The position numbers and the translations under genes were made by a program. Below the pieces are notes generated by a model. The model made no database searches, was not told the origin of the DNA, and worked only from the letters and a program-made list of their open reading frames with translations. Source: a phage. Taken from it: 64,000 nt of DNA. The stretch lies in the sequence record PZ347661.1. One strand, 5' to 3'. Positions 55,613 to 64,000 of this stretch are shown here, piece by piece; position 1 is the stretch's first letter; each line of letters starts with the position of its first letter.

Positions 55613-56815
55613 TTACAGAGGAGCAACAGTCTTAATCAGAGCCAGACGTTCTGGGCGTTTAACCAGGATACCATAGTACCACTTGATAGAACTGAAGCCA
55701 GTTTCACCATACGGGTCATTACGGTCAGCAGTTTCTTTACCAGGCATCTTAGTCATGATGGTGAACTTAACAGACTTACCATCAGTCTGGAAGCCAATGG
55801 TAGAGAAGGAGTCATCACCAACTACCAGCATTGGGAATACGTCGTAGTGCTCCTGACCAGATACCATAGAAGTACGGTAACCCGGGTTAGTAGTAACCTG
55901 AGCACCAGCACCTGCCCAATGCAGCATCTCAGGAACCTGAATGATACGGAACTTATCAATACAACCGATTTCACCATTCATCAGAGTACCAGCATCAGCA
56001 TAGTGCTGAACTTCGATGAATGCTTTATTACCGAACAGGTCTTTCATCGCTTTCAGTTCTGGAACCAGTTCAGAACCAACGTACATTACACGAGTACCAC
56101 CAAGTACTTTGGTATCTGTCAGTTTAGAACCAGTGATGATAGTAGTCTGGGTCGGAGTACGGTTCTCAGTAAGAATCTGGTCAAGACGCATCAGGTTCTT
56201 ATAAGAAACTACAGACGGGGTAGCACCTTCACCTGTGATGGTAGCATCAGAGACAGCAGCACCTGCATACAGTACAGTACCAGCAGCAGCCAGCAGGTCT
56301 TTCTGGAGAACAGCTTCAGTCAACTGCACAGCACCGTTCATCAGTTCACGAGACAGGTGTTCTTTCAGTTGGTCATCAGAATCAAAGTCCAGAGACTCTT
56401 GGGTAAATTCATAGAAGAAACCGAACTTATGAATAGAGCCTTCACGAGCAATACGAGTAAAGCCTACACGGTTAACACGACCACCGTTCTCTGACAGCAG
56501 AGGCAGTTTAGAAGTGATGTTACCTACGTCTTTGGAAGAACCGTACAGGTTACCATTAACGATGGTAGCACCATTAGCATCAATACCCTGGTCGTTAATG
56601 TTCTTATCGTCGAGCAGAGGAACGTACTCATACACCTTAACAGTCTTACCGTAGTTCTTCGGCATGTTAACGGTGTTAGCCAGAGGCATAAAATACTGGT
56701 CTTTACGGGACTGAATAATAGCCTTCTTCAGCCAGTAATAGGTATTCATCTGGTCGGAACCAGCACCATCAATGCTAGATTTCTGACCGTCAATTGGAGC
56801 GTTATAGTTTAACAT
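55613..56815 (-). CDS. major capsid protein (N4 gp56-like, 400 aa)
   Basis: Size and position match N4 gp56 (recalled as ~401 aa); upstream of portal in the late operon; followed by a strong hairpin; no motif-level proof. Confidence 0.6.
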   Translation of the reverse strand: MLNYNAPIDGQKSSIDGAGSDQMNTYYWLKKAIIQSRKDQYFMPLANTVNMPKNYGKTVKVYEYVPLLDDKNINDQGIDANGATIVNGNLYGSSKDVGNITSKLPLLSENGGRVNRVGFTRIAREGSIHKFGFFYEFTQESLDFDSDDQLKEHLSRELMNGAVQLTEAVLQKDLLAAAGTVLYAGAAVSDATITGEGATPSVVSYKNLMRLDQILTENRTPTQTTIITGSKLTDTKVLGGTRVMYVGSELVPELKAMKDLFGNKAFIEVQHYADAGTLMNGEIGCIDKFRIIQVPEMLHWAGAGAQVTTNPGYRTSMVSGQEHYDVFPMLVVGDDSFSTIGFQTDGKSVKFTIMTKMPGKETADRNDPYGETGFSSIKWYYGILVKRPERLALIKTVAPL

Positions 56816-56831
56816 ATCATCTCATTCCTGT

Positions 56832-58052
56832 TTAAAGACTACCCGGTACTGGGAGTTTAGCGAAATCTTCATCACTCATAGCGAGTGGGTTTACAATAGG
56901 CGTTGCTTTACGTGTAGCAGCCCGATTAAGGGAAGCTGCTTTAGCTTGCTCACTGTTAGCCAGAGTCTGCTTAGGTCGTGCTACACGCACTACCGGCTGA
57001 ACTGCTGGTTTAACTGCTTGTACCGGTTCAGGCTTAGCCACTTGGTTAAATGCACCCTGCTGTGCAAGGAGATTACCAACGTAGTTATAAGCCTGAATGA
57101 ACGGAGTACCTACCGGAATCTGACCTAACACCTGAAGACGATTCACTTCGTTAGCAATGGTGTCATAAATACCATTCTCACGCTGTTCGTGAATGGTGTG
57201 GAGTAAGCCACGATTCTGATAAAGAGCATCTTTACTGGCAGCATCCCATGTCGAGCTAATAACACCTAATGTAGCTTGTCCTTCTTGAGTAGACTTTAAG
57301 TCGTCAATTTCGGTTGCAAAATCTGCTTCGGTGTCTGTAACACGGTGTTTGCCACCCTGGTAGTTAATTTCCTCATCAGGATTAAAGTCCAGAGGATCTG
57401 TACCAGAGTCTTTTAACAACTTTTTAATGGCTTCAGGATTCTTTTTATCCAGGTCAATCAGGAAAGAAAGTTTTTCCTCATCCATTAAACCGTTGTTCTG
57501 TAGCATCAGCATTACCTTACGGTACGGCTGAAGTTCTTGCATCTTACGAGTATAGTTAGCACCCATCTGCATCAGGCTAATGGCCTCCTCCGGTGAACGG
57601 GGAGTAATCATTTTGCCGTTAGCTTTAAAAGGAGCCATCAACTTCTCGTAACCTTCCTTATAGTTGAAGTCAGCAGGCAGACCTTCAGACTGTTTGCCTT
57701 CTTCTTTCTGTTCCTGGCCTGGTTCAGTAGTAGAAGGTTCAGCTTTAGTAATCGGCTCACCGTTACTATCAACTTCTGTGTCAACAACTTTATCATCAAC
57801 TTTATCAGAAGTTAAAGAATTTGCTGAATCATCTTCAACTGGCTCAGTTTCAGGGGAGGTTTCTTCGGTTGGTAGGTCTTCAACAGCAGAGGGGTCAACT
57901 TCTTCATCAGGAGTCTGTACGCCGTTGGTTTCTGGGTTGTTCTGAGTGGAAGTATCTTCCTCAGCAATAATTGCTGGGGCTTCCATATTCAGAATCTCAT
58001 CATCCGACATTGCGAGAATGTCGGAAGCTGTGGTTGCAGCTTCCGTAGTCAT
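56832..58052 (-). CDS. head assembly protein, possibly scaffolding (406 aa)
   Basis: Strongly acidic N-terminal third; lies between portal and capsid genes. Confidence 0.45.
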   Translation of the reverse strand: MTTEAATTASDILAMSDDEILNMEAPAIIAEEDTSTQNNPETNGVQTPDEEVDPSAVEDLPTEETSPETEPVEDDSANSLTSDKVDDKVVDTEVDSNGEPITKAEPSTTEPGQEQKEEGKQSEGLPADFNYKEGYEKLMAPFKANGKMITPRSPEEAISLMQMGANYTRKMQELQPYRKVMLMLQNNGLMDEEKLSFLIDLDKKNPEAIKKLLKDSGTDPLDFNPDEEINYQGGKHRVTDTEADFATEIDDLKSTQEGQATLGVISSTWDAASKDALYQNRGLLHTIHEQRENGIYDTIANEVNRLQVLGQIPVGTPFIQAYNYVGNLLAQQGAFNQVAKPEPVQAVKPAVQPVVRVARPKQTLANSEQAKAASLNRAATRKATPIVNPLAMSDEDFAKLPVPGSL

Positions 58053-58071
58053 AGGAAATATCTCCGGTTAA

Positions 58072-58416
58072 TTATTCGTCTTCAGGTTCAGCACGAACTG
58101 CATCGAGTTCTTCTTCTACCTGAAGAATAACGTCAGCTTCATTTTCACCCATACGAATGGCGAGGTCGAGCCAACGACGTAAGTGACCAGCAGCTTGAGC
58201 CATGTTGAGTGCATCTGCACGGTTATTCGGTTCAAGCAGTGGATCACCAGACTCTTGTACGTAACGTGCACAATCTTCCACACAGAACTGACGAAGGATT
58301 ACTTTACGGAACAGTGGATTCTCCAGAAGTTTACGTACATCTTCTGCATGTGCAACTGCACCTTTAGCAGCTTCCAGTCGATGTTCCAGTCCTGCGATTG
58401 TTGATTCTTTACTCAT
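58072..58416 (-). CDS. hypothetical protein (114 aa)
   Basis: ORF in late operon. Confidence 0.5.
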   Translation of the reverse strand: MSKESTIAGLEHRLEAAKGAVAHAEDVRKLLENPLFRKVILRQFCVEDCARYVQESGDPLLEPNNRADALNMAQAAGHLRRWLDLAIRMGENEADVILQVEEELDAVRAEPEDE

Positions 58417-58429
58417 GTGAAGGTCTGCC

Positions 58430-60700
58430 TTATAAGTTCATACCAAGAGCCGATGCTGGGTCTTGGCTAGGGTCATAAAACTGGGAACTAAGTGAATAAG
58501 TCGGATCTTGCTGTGCAGCTAAGTCACGTTCCTGTAAAGAGTTCCCGTTAGTCAAAGCGTTATATCCGACAGCAGCAGATATGTTGGGGGTAGTTTCACC
58601 TTCTTTAGTAGGTGTTGTCAACGCCTTAGTTATTTGAAGGTTCTGGTTTCCTTGAGATTGTGCTTTTTGTTTTTCCATATCACGGGCATGTTTAGTACCA
58701 GATTCTTGTTCCAGATAATCCAGGTCTTTAAGGTCACCGCTAGAAATAGCTTCTTTAGCCTTAGCATTATTGAGTGCAATCTTACTTTTCAACTCCTCAT
58801 TCTCAAGCTGTGCTTTCTGAATTGCTAATTGCTTAAGCTGTTCTTCCATAGGGTCTGGTTGTGGTTTCCAGGTACGTAACTCATGTGCAAGGTCTGGCAT
58901 ACGTTTAAGTTCTGCAATCTTAGCTACAAGAGATAACGTAATAGTCTGGTCAACTGTATTACCTAATGTTTGAACCATGAAGCTCAAATCCTGGGACTTC
59001 TGGTTATCAATTTCAGCAGTATTAATATCAACCTCAATGTCGAAGTTACCTTTAAGGTCTTCACGGTTAATTTCTACATACTGCTCATTAGTAATACGTA
59101 CCACTTCCTTTTCAGATAAGAACACAGCATTCATTGCACAAATCTTAGTACCAATGTCTGCCATACCCTTAGCTAATCGACGAAGGATTGCCATCTCACG
59201 TTTGGATGCTGCATCGAGTGCACCACGAATACCAGCAGCTACATCCCCATAAGCTGCACCAGTTACACCACCAGAAAATGCTTTAACACCAGTTAGTGCT
59301 TCTGCTTCCTGGTTCTGCATCTGAGTCATTACTATTGCCGACTGAGGTAATTCCGGGAACTTATGTTCCATAATGGCCTGACTAGGATTACCCTGCATTG
59401 GGTTATATTCATAGTCTTGCCCATCATCATATCGACGACGGTTAAGGGTATCTAACATCCCCTTGGGATATCCACGCTGCCCATTTGCACTTCGGCCTAA
59501 CAGGTCAATCATCCCACGCATAGTTGCACCAAGAATTGCTTGGTTATCCCCTAACAGTTCAGCATCAGCCTCACCATAGAGTTCACGTTTACGTGGCATA
59601 TAAGGAACAACTACCAAAGGTAGCTTACCATCCGGGAATGGGTTCTTTTCCATACGGATAAGAGTAGAACCAATCCAGGTAGCAACAATTGGTTCCAGTG
59701 AACCATCGTCGTTAATGTCGTAGAATCCCCAGTATTCATAGGCAATGACTTTCTTACGAAGTGCATCCTTAAACTGGAAATCGCCAGGGGTTTTACTTTC
59801 ATGGTCTGGGTCAGTCATAGGACTGGAACTTTCCCAGTCAATCTTATCCAGATTGTGGTAACGGTCCTTGTTCTTCATAAGGTCTGCTTTGCAAGTCTCA
59901 AATGAGATAACTGCATACAGAGCCTTATCCAAATCACCATTACAGCTTGGGTCAATAACTACGTTATTGGGGTTAAGCATTTCAACAGTAGGCCTGTTAA
60001 CCAGTGCCTTCTCTACCTCTACCTCAGTAACACCAGTCTGGATTGCATAGGTAGCTTCCCCAGTTTCATTGAAGTAGTTAACAGCTTCCTTAATATCTTC
60101 TGGCATTGTTTCGTCATATTCACGAGGATTTTCTGCCTGAAGCTGCAAAGCCTGCTGAAGAATATCTGCTTGCTCTTGGTTCTCAATTGGATACAACTGG
60201 AAGACTGGTGTTTCTGTTTTAATCTTAACAGTCTTACGTTCCCAACCAATACGAGCAATACCAGTACCGTCATCTACGACACTGTGTACGTAATCATCTA
60301 CCAGTTTTACTTTATTAAGCTGGGTACGGAATTGGTAGTTAAGAACTAATTCATTCTGACGTGCAGCTAACTCATCTTCAAAAGTAACAGGGGTTACTTT
60401 AAAGAGTTTGTTAGACGAGAGGAATGGTTCTGACAATGGTGCATAACGCCACTCTGCCTGACGGCGAACCAGTCTAGGTTGGACTTGTGATCGTCCCTTA
60501 ACCTTTGGGGGTTTAGCCTTACCCTTAACTTCCATTAAGTCATTCCACTCACGAATCTGAGCCATGATTGCATCGTGAGCAGGCTTAGCTGATTCCAAAT
60601 CACCCTTGAGTAATTGGATACTTGGTTCCTTCTTCCAGTCCGTTAACTTCTCTGATTGAGTCGGGTCTGGTAAAGGCTTAAAAGTGTCTTGGTGTTCCAT
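58430..60700 (-). CDS. portal protein (N4 gp59-like, 756 aa)
   Basis: Size and position match N4 gp59 (recalled as ~760 aa), three genes upstream of the capsid gene; synteny inference. Confidence 0.6.
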   Translation of the reverse strand: MEHQDTFKPLPDPTQSEKLTDWKKEPSIQLLKGDLESAKPAHDAIMAQIREWNDLMEVKGKAKPPKVKGRSQVQPRLVRRQAEWRYAPLSEPFLSSNKLFKVTPVTFEDELAARQNELVLNYQFRTQLNKVKLVDDYVHSVVDDGTGIARIGWERKTVKIKTETPVFQLYPIENQEQADILQQALQLQAENPREYDETMPEDIKEAVNYFNETGEATYAIQTGVTEVEVEKALVNRPTVEMLNPNNVVIDPSCNGDLDKALYAVISFETCKADLMKNKDRYHNLDKIDWESSSPMTDPDHESKTPGDFQFKDALRKKVIAYEYWGFYDINDDGSLEPIVATWIGSTLIRMEKNPFPDGKLPLVVVPYMPRKRELYGEADAELLGDNQAILGATMRGMIDLLGRSANGQRGYPKGMLDTLNRRRYDDGQDYEYNPMQGNPSQAIMEHKFPELPQSAIVMTQMQNQEAEALTGVKAFSGGVTGAAYGDVAAGIRGALDAASKREMAILRRLAKGMADIGTKICAMNAVFLSEKEVVRITNEQYVEINREDLKGNFDIEVDINTAEIDNQKSQDLSFMVQTLGNTVDQTITLSLVAKIAELKRMPDLAHELRTWKPQPDPMEEQLKQLAIQKAQLENEELKSKIALNNAKAKEAISSGDLKDLDYLEQESGTKHARDMEKQKAQSQGNQNLQITKALTTPTKEGETTPNISAAVGYNALTNGNSLQERDLAAQQDPTYSLSSQFYDPSQDPASALGMNL

Positions 60701-60702
60701 AG

Positions 60703-61209
60703 TTATTCCTGTTCAAAAAGTTTACGGTCAGCCTGAATCTGTTTACCCAACTCAATTAGTTGGCTGTCACGGAGTCTAACAGTTGCCCTGAGTTCTTCAA
60801 CCAAACGTCTGCCTTCTTCAAGACTGTTGTCGAGTCTGGCTGCATGGCTTGCAAGACTTCTGCACTCAAAGGTTCCGGCTTCGGCTTTACGTTTATATAC
60901 CGATGCTCGTCTTTCAGACTGTTGCATCCGGCTGTCGTAATCACTGCTAACGCGAGCAAGCTCGCTTGCGTAATTACTCTCAGCCGTCTGCAACCGGGAA
61001 GTGAGTAACCCGACTTCATAACTATGGTTTCTTTGGAGAGCATTGTATTTGTCCTGTAATTTTTGTGTTGCCTTTTGATCTTCAATCTTTTGGTCATCCC
61101 ACTTCTTTTGAACAGTAGACTGTCCATTGGAATTACCCCAAAAGTAAATGGTGGCCCCTAGGACCACCACCAGAAGATAAGGCCAACCTTTAGAGATTAG
61201 CATCTTCAT
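60703..61209 (-). CDS. Rz: i-spanin (Rz-like, 168 aa)
   Basis: N-terminal TM helix [22 protein letters not shown] then charged coiled-coil periplasmic domain; GGAGG RBS before the ATG at 61209; directly after the endolysin gene. Confidence 0.6.
   Translation of the reverse strand: MKMLISKGWPYLLVVVLGATIYFWGNSNGQSTVQKKWDDQKIEDQKATQKLQDKYNALQRNHSYEVGLLTSRLQTAESNYASELARVSSDYDSRMQQSERRASVYKRKAEAGTFECRSLASHAARLDNSLEEGRRLVEELRATVRLRDSQLIELGKQIQADRKLFEQE
60756..61019 (-). CDS. Rz1: o-spanin (Rz1-like lipoprotein, 88 aa precursor) embedded in the +1 frame of Rz
   Basis: Embedded ORF with lipoprotein-type signal ending ...[11 protein letters not shown] and a Pro-rich mature part (VKPKPEPL); start codon choice uncertain. 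Confidence 0.45.
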   Translation of the reverse strand: MKSGYSLPGCRRLRVITQASLLALAVITTAGCNSLKDEHRYINVKPKPEPLSAEVLQAMQPDSTTVLKKADVWLKNSGQLLDSVTAN

Positions 61210-61825
61210 TACATGCCTCCAGTGGCACATTGCCTATTCGGTTAGCTACCCAACCATACGTAAAGTCTGGCATGTTTAATGAGGTGTAGTGGTTCAGTTG
61301 TTTGGCATCAAGTAACTTAATCATTACCTGACATGCTGCAACTTTGCCTCGTTTTTTCTGCAATGCTTTATATGCATTAACAGTACTTGTACCGACTTTA
61401 CCATCAACCTGTATTTTAGGGTAGTCTTTGCCATTGCGAGACATTTCATTAAGAGATAACTGCAACCATTTAGCAGGACGAGTTACACCAGTGTTAACAC
61501 CAGCATCTACCAGCTTGTGTGTTACAGCAGGAGATATATCAGCGAAGGCTACGAAGTTAGGCTTAAGTACGTAGTCATCAATGTATATCTCAGCAGCCAT
61601 CTCTTTAGATAAACCTTTCATAGAACCATCCCAACCATACTCAGTAGCCAGAACTTCTTTATGAGATTTAGCTACAGATTGGGTAATACCATAATTAGTT
61701 TCCCCACCTGGGTCACGAGGATTGTTTACATATCCCCCTTCCATATAGAACACTGCCCCCAGGATAGCAGCGACAACTCCTCCCACTGCACCACCTTTCG
61801 CAGCAAGTTTCTGTTTAGCTTTCAT
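61190..61825 (-). CDS. endolysin, GH108-type N-acetylmuramidase with N-terminal SAR-like hydrophobic segment (N4 gp61-like, 211 aa)
   Basis: YMEGGYVNNPRDPGGETNYGIT matches the GH108 EGGY signature; N-terminus KGGAVGGVVAAILGAVF is Gly/Ala-rich like signal-anchor-release domains. Confidence 0.7.
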   Translation of the reverse strand: MKAKQKLAAKGGAVGGVVAAILGAVFYMEGGYVNNPRDPGGETNYGITQSVAKSHKEVLATEYGWDGSMKGLSKEMAAEIYIDDYVLKPNFVAFADISPAVTHKLVDAGVNTGVTRPAKWLQLSLNEMSRNGKDYPKIQVDGKVGTSTVNAYKALQKKRGKVAACQVMIKLLDAKQLNHYTSLNMPDFTYGWVANRIGNVPLEACNEDANL

Positions 61826-62075
61826 GTGAATCTTCCTTTGGTCGGAATCGTATTAATCTGCCTACGATGTTTAAGGCAAACAGTGCAATTGCAATATTGG
61901 AACCATGGGGAATATCTTCCAGGATGTGACGAGGTAATCCTGTCAGCATTGGTTGAATGATATCTATGGCAGAAAACATAATTAACCCAAAAGTACTAAT
62001 CTGAATGGATGCCCACTTCCAGCATCTTTTCCAATTAGGTACTAACTCAATCTTTCTTCTTAACCTGCGAACCAT
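61815..62075 (-). CDS. holin candidate with two TM helices (about 86 aa)
   Basis: Internal ATG with GGGAGA RBS; two hydrophobic helices; immediately upstream of the endolysin. Confidence 0.4.
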   Translation of the reverse strand: MVRRLRRKIELVPNWKRCWKWASIQISTFGLIMFSAIDIIQPMLTGLPRHILEDIPHGSNIAIALFALNIVGRLIRFRPKEDSHES

Positions 62076-62389
62076 GCGAATATCTCCCGTCTTGCAGCAG
62101 CCAATACACCAATGATTGCACCTGCCCCAGCCCACACCCACTTACCAAAAATCCCAGCACCAACAACTTTATGTTTAATGGTAATGAACTCTTCAATAGT
62201 AGGTTCATTCTTAGCTAAACTATCCTCCACGTTTTTCAGTCTATTACCTATGTCATTGATTGAATCCCGTAGCTCCACCAGAGTTTCCTCCAGTTTCTCA
62301 CGATCCTGTCTTTCTCTTGTCTGGTTCTCAAACAGAGTCTTCAATCGTTCCTCCAGCCTGACTAGGAGTAGTTCACCCGATTCATTCAT
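62060..62389 (-). CDS. membrane protein with N-terminal coiled coil and C-terminal TM segment, holin/antiholin candidate (109 aa)
   Basis: C-terminal VVGAGIFGKWVWAGAGAIIGVLAAA hydrophobic region; first gene of the lysis cluster. Confidence 0.45.
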   Translation of the reverse strand: MNESGELLLVRLEERLKTLFENQTRERQDREKLEETLVELRDSINDIGNRLKNVEDSLAKNEPTIEEFITIKHKVVGAGIFGKWVWAGAGAIIGVLAAARREIFAWFAG

Positions 62390-62629
62390 AATATTACCGT
62401 AGTTGTGTAGTTAGAATCCCCAATAGGGTCATATCATAAGATGACTCATAGATAATACTTAGTATGATGAGGTACATCCAGACATAGTGTCTGGTATCAA
62501 CACATGGTAGATAGCGTTCAGTTGGGTATGTTTAATATCTCAAGGCAAGTAATTACCTTAACAGCAGTATCAGTTAGGGTAATGCAAACAGTGAACTCTA
62601 TATAAAAAGTATCATTAGTAGGTAAAACT

Positions 62630-62652
62630 AACCCCGCCGAAGCGGGGTTTTT
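62630..62652. terminator. GC-rich terminator hairpin between tail gene and lysis cluster
   Basis: ACCCCGC-CGAA-GCGGGGT with T tracts on both sides (stronger on the + strand). Confidence 0.5.
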
Positions 62653-62653
62653 G

Positions 62654-64000
62654 TTATGGCATTCTTATGATTCCAGTTATGTTATTAGGGGTTGCTGGCA
62701 AGGCTGTACCGCTGAATGTCAACTTCAAGAGTCCACCATTATTTGACGGTGTTATAGTTAAATTAGGTGCCGTCCCGTCTAAGTAAACAGCATCGTTATA
62801 TACGCGACCCCGCACCCGAATACCTTCAACCGTCAAGTTGATTAGAACAATCATATGCGGTCTAAAAGTAATGGCGGTATAGATAGCCCGGGTCGCAACA
62901 CCCTCATTAATCTGAGAGCAGAACGGTATAGTTGTGGAAGCATCACCTTGGTCACCACTAAACGGCAAATCTACTTTACCGCCGGTGAAGTTCTGACGTG
63001 CAATGAAATTACCAGACCCATCAAGCGCCACAGCAGGAAATACTATTTTCTCGAAACCAGAGAATGTCCACCCAGACGGAACCCCCGGCAGAGTGTTAAC
63101 CGATACCGCAGCAGGAGGAATGTTGACCGTTAAGCCATTCAGGTTTCCAGCATCAGTATTGAATTTGGTGGTGCAGTTCAGGAAGTACGTATTCTCACCG
63201 AATACACCAGAGCTTAACTGGTTGCCGTAGAAACAAGTATTTACGTTGTTAAAGAATCCACCAATTTTAACGGCTCTATGCGCTTGCGCCGCACCCATGT
63301 CAATGGCTACATCGGTGATATCTTCGTAGTAACCGTAAATTTCCAACGGCATTACTTCCCCGGTGAATACTAGCCCTTTATCACAGCTTTCAGCGTTCAC
63401 GAATTCAAGGCGCTGCCCGTTTATAGCGCCGTCAAAACGATACGCAAGTTTGCGCTGTGTAACGTTAATGTTATGGATGTTCTGCGAGTTGATATAGGTA
63501 TCAAACAAGAACGCCGGTTGTGTATGCGTTTTTGGTGCCGTCAGGTTTCGGGAAGTCATAGTATGGAACGCACCATACCAGCTTGACTTAGCAATTAGGT
63601 TTTGAGCACAATCCACGAACGTAATAGAGTGTAATTCGCTTGCCTCTGCAAAGTTCCGTACGCTAAAACCAATCCCTGCATTTCTTACGATGAAATTTCT
63701 AATCTTGGTTCCAGTTACGCGATAAGTATTATCTGCGAGGGCCACATTGCTCTCTAACACCCCTGTTGATGGGTTAAACCCACCAGTAACAAACATAGTA
63801 TTTGTACCATTTCCGACTAGTTCAGCGCCGTTCAGGTCGATGTCTACCATGGCAGGAATGATGATGGGGGAGCTGCCGATTACGTTAAATCGACCACCCC
63901 TTGATGATACTTTGCGGATGCCTTGTTTCATAGCATCAGCGTAGACATCGCCACTTATTCCATTACCAGCAGCTTTAACTGCATCAGCAATAGCTTGTGT
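62654..64000 (-). CDS. tail protein, partial (N-terminus lies beyond the window end)
   Basis: Reading frame stays open from the first Met at 63931 to the window edge; Asn/Gly/Thr-rich repetitive sequence typical of fibre or beta-helix tail proteins. Confidence 0.55.
   Translation of the reverse strand, partial: TQAIADAVKAAGNGISGDVYADAMKQGIRKVSSRGGRFNVIGSSPIIIPAMVDIDLNGAELVGNGTNTMFVTGGFNPSTGVLESNVALADNTYRVTGTKIRNFIVRNAGIGFSVRNFAEASELHSITFVDCAQNLIAKSSWYGAFHTMTSRNLTAPKTHTQPAFLFDTYINSQNIHNINVTQRKLAYRFDGAINGQRLEFVNAESCDKGLVFTGEVMPLEIYGYYEDITDVAIDMGAAQAHRAVKIGGFFNNVNTCFYGNQLSSGVFGENTYFLNCTTKFNTDAGNLNGLTVNIPPAAVSVNTLPGVPSGWTFSGFEKIVFPAVALDGSGNFIARQNFTGGKVDLPFSGDQGDASTTIPFCSQINEGVATRAIYTAITFRPHMIVLINLTVEGIRVRGRVYNDAVYLDGTAPNLTITPSNNGGLLKLTFSGTALPATPNNITGIIRMP

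Noticed and set aside
55394-56494. 366-aa + strand ORF antisense to the major capsid gene
   Set aside because: It overlaps the capsid gene and its neighbour on the opposite strand, has Ser/Thr/Leu-rich low-complexity sequence and no RBS, and no other + strand gene exists in the late region.
1-64000. CRISPR arrays, integrase, excisionase, repressor or other lysogeny functions
   Set aside because: I saw no regularly spaced direct repeats and no tyrosine or serine recombinase-like ORF; the gene content is consistent with an obligately lytic phage.

Overview
This 64-kb window looks like part of a virulent N4-like podovirus genome; I saw no integrase or lysogeny genes. All calls rest on motifs read in the translations, hand-folded hairpins and gene order/size synteny with coliphage N4; no database search or folding software was run. 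Left ~38 kb (+ strand): an early region with four hairpin promoters of the N4 virion-RNA-polymerase type and many small ORFs, then a two-subunit T7-like RNAP II, an AAA+ ATPase with a zincin/VWA partner, dCTP deaminase-like and ThyX-like genes, rIIA/rIIB-like genes, SF1 helicase, family-A DNA polymerase, a putative exonuclease, an inserted HNH-AP2 homing endonuclease, a primase-like protein, a P-loop ATPase, an SSB-like protein and a RuvC-like resolvase. A ~2-kb ORF-free island (34.7-36.8 kb) with tRNA-like elements and recurrent hairpins follows, and is the least explained part of the window. Right ~26 kb (- strand): late genes, starting with a 3611-aa virion RNAP, then virion proteins, major capsid, portal, a lysis cassette (GH108 muramidase with SAR-like N-terminus, holin candidates, Rz with embedded Rz1) and a tail protein cut by the window end.
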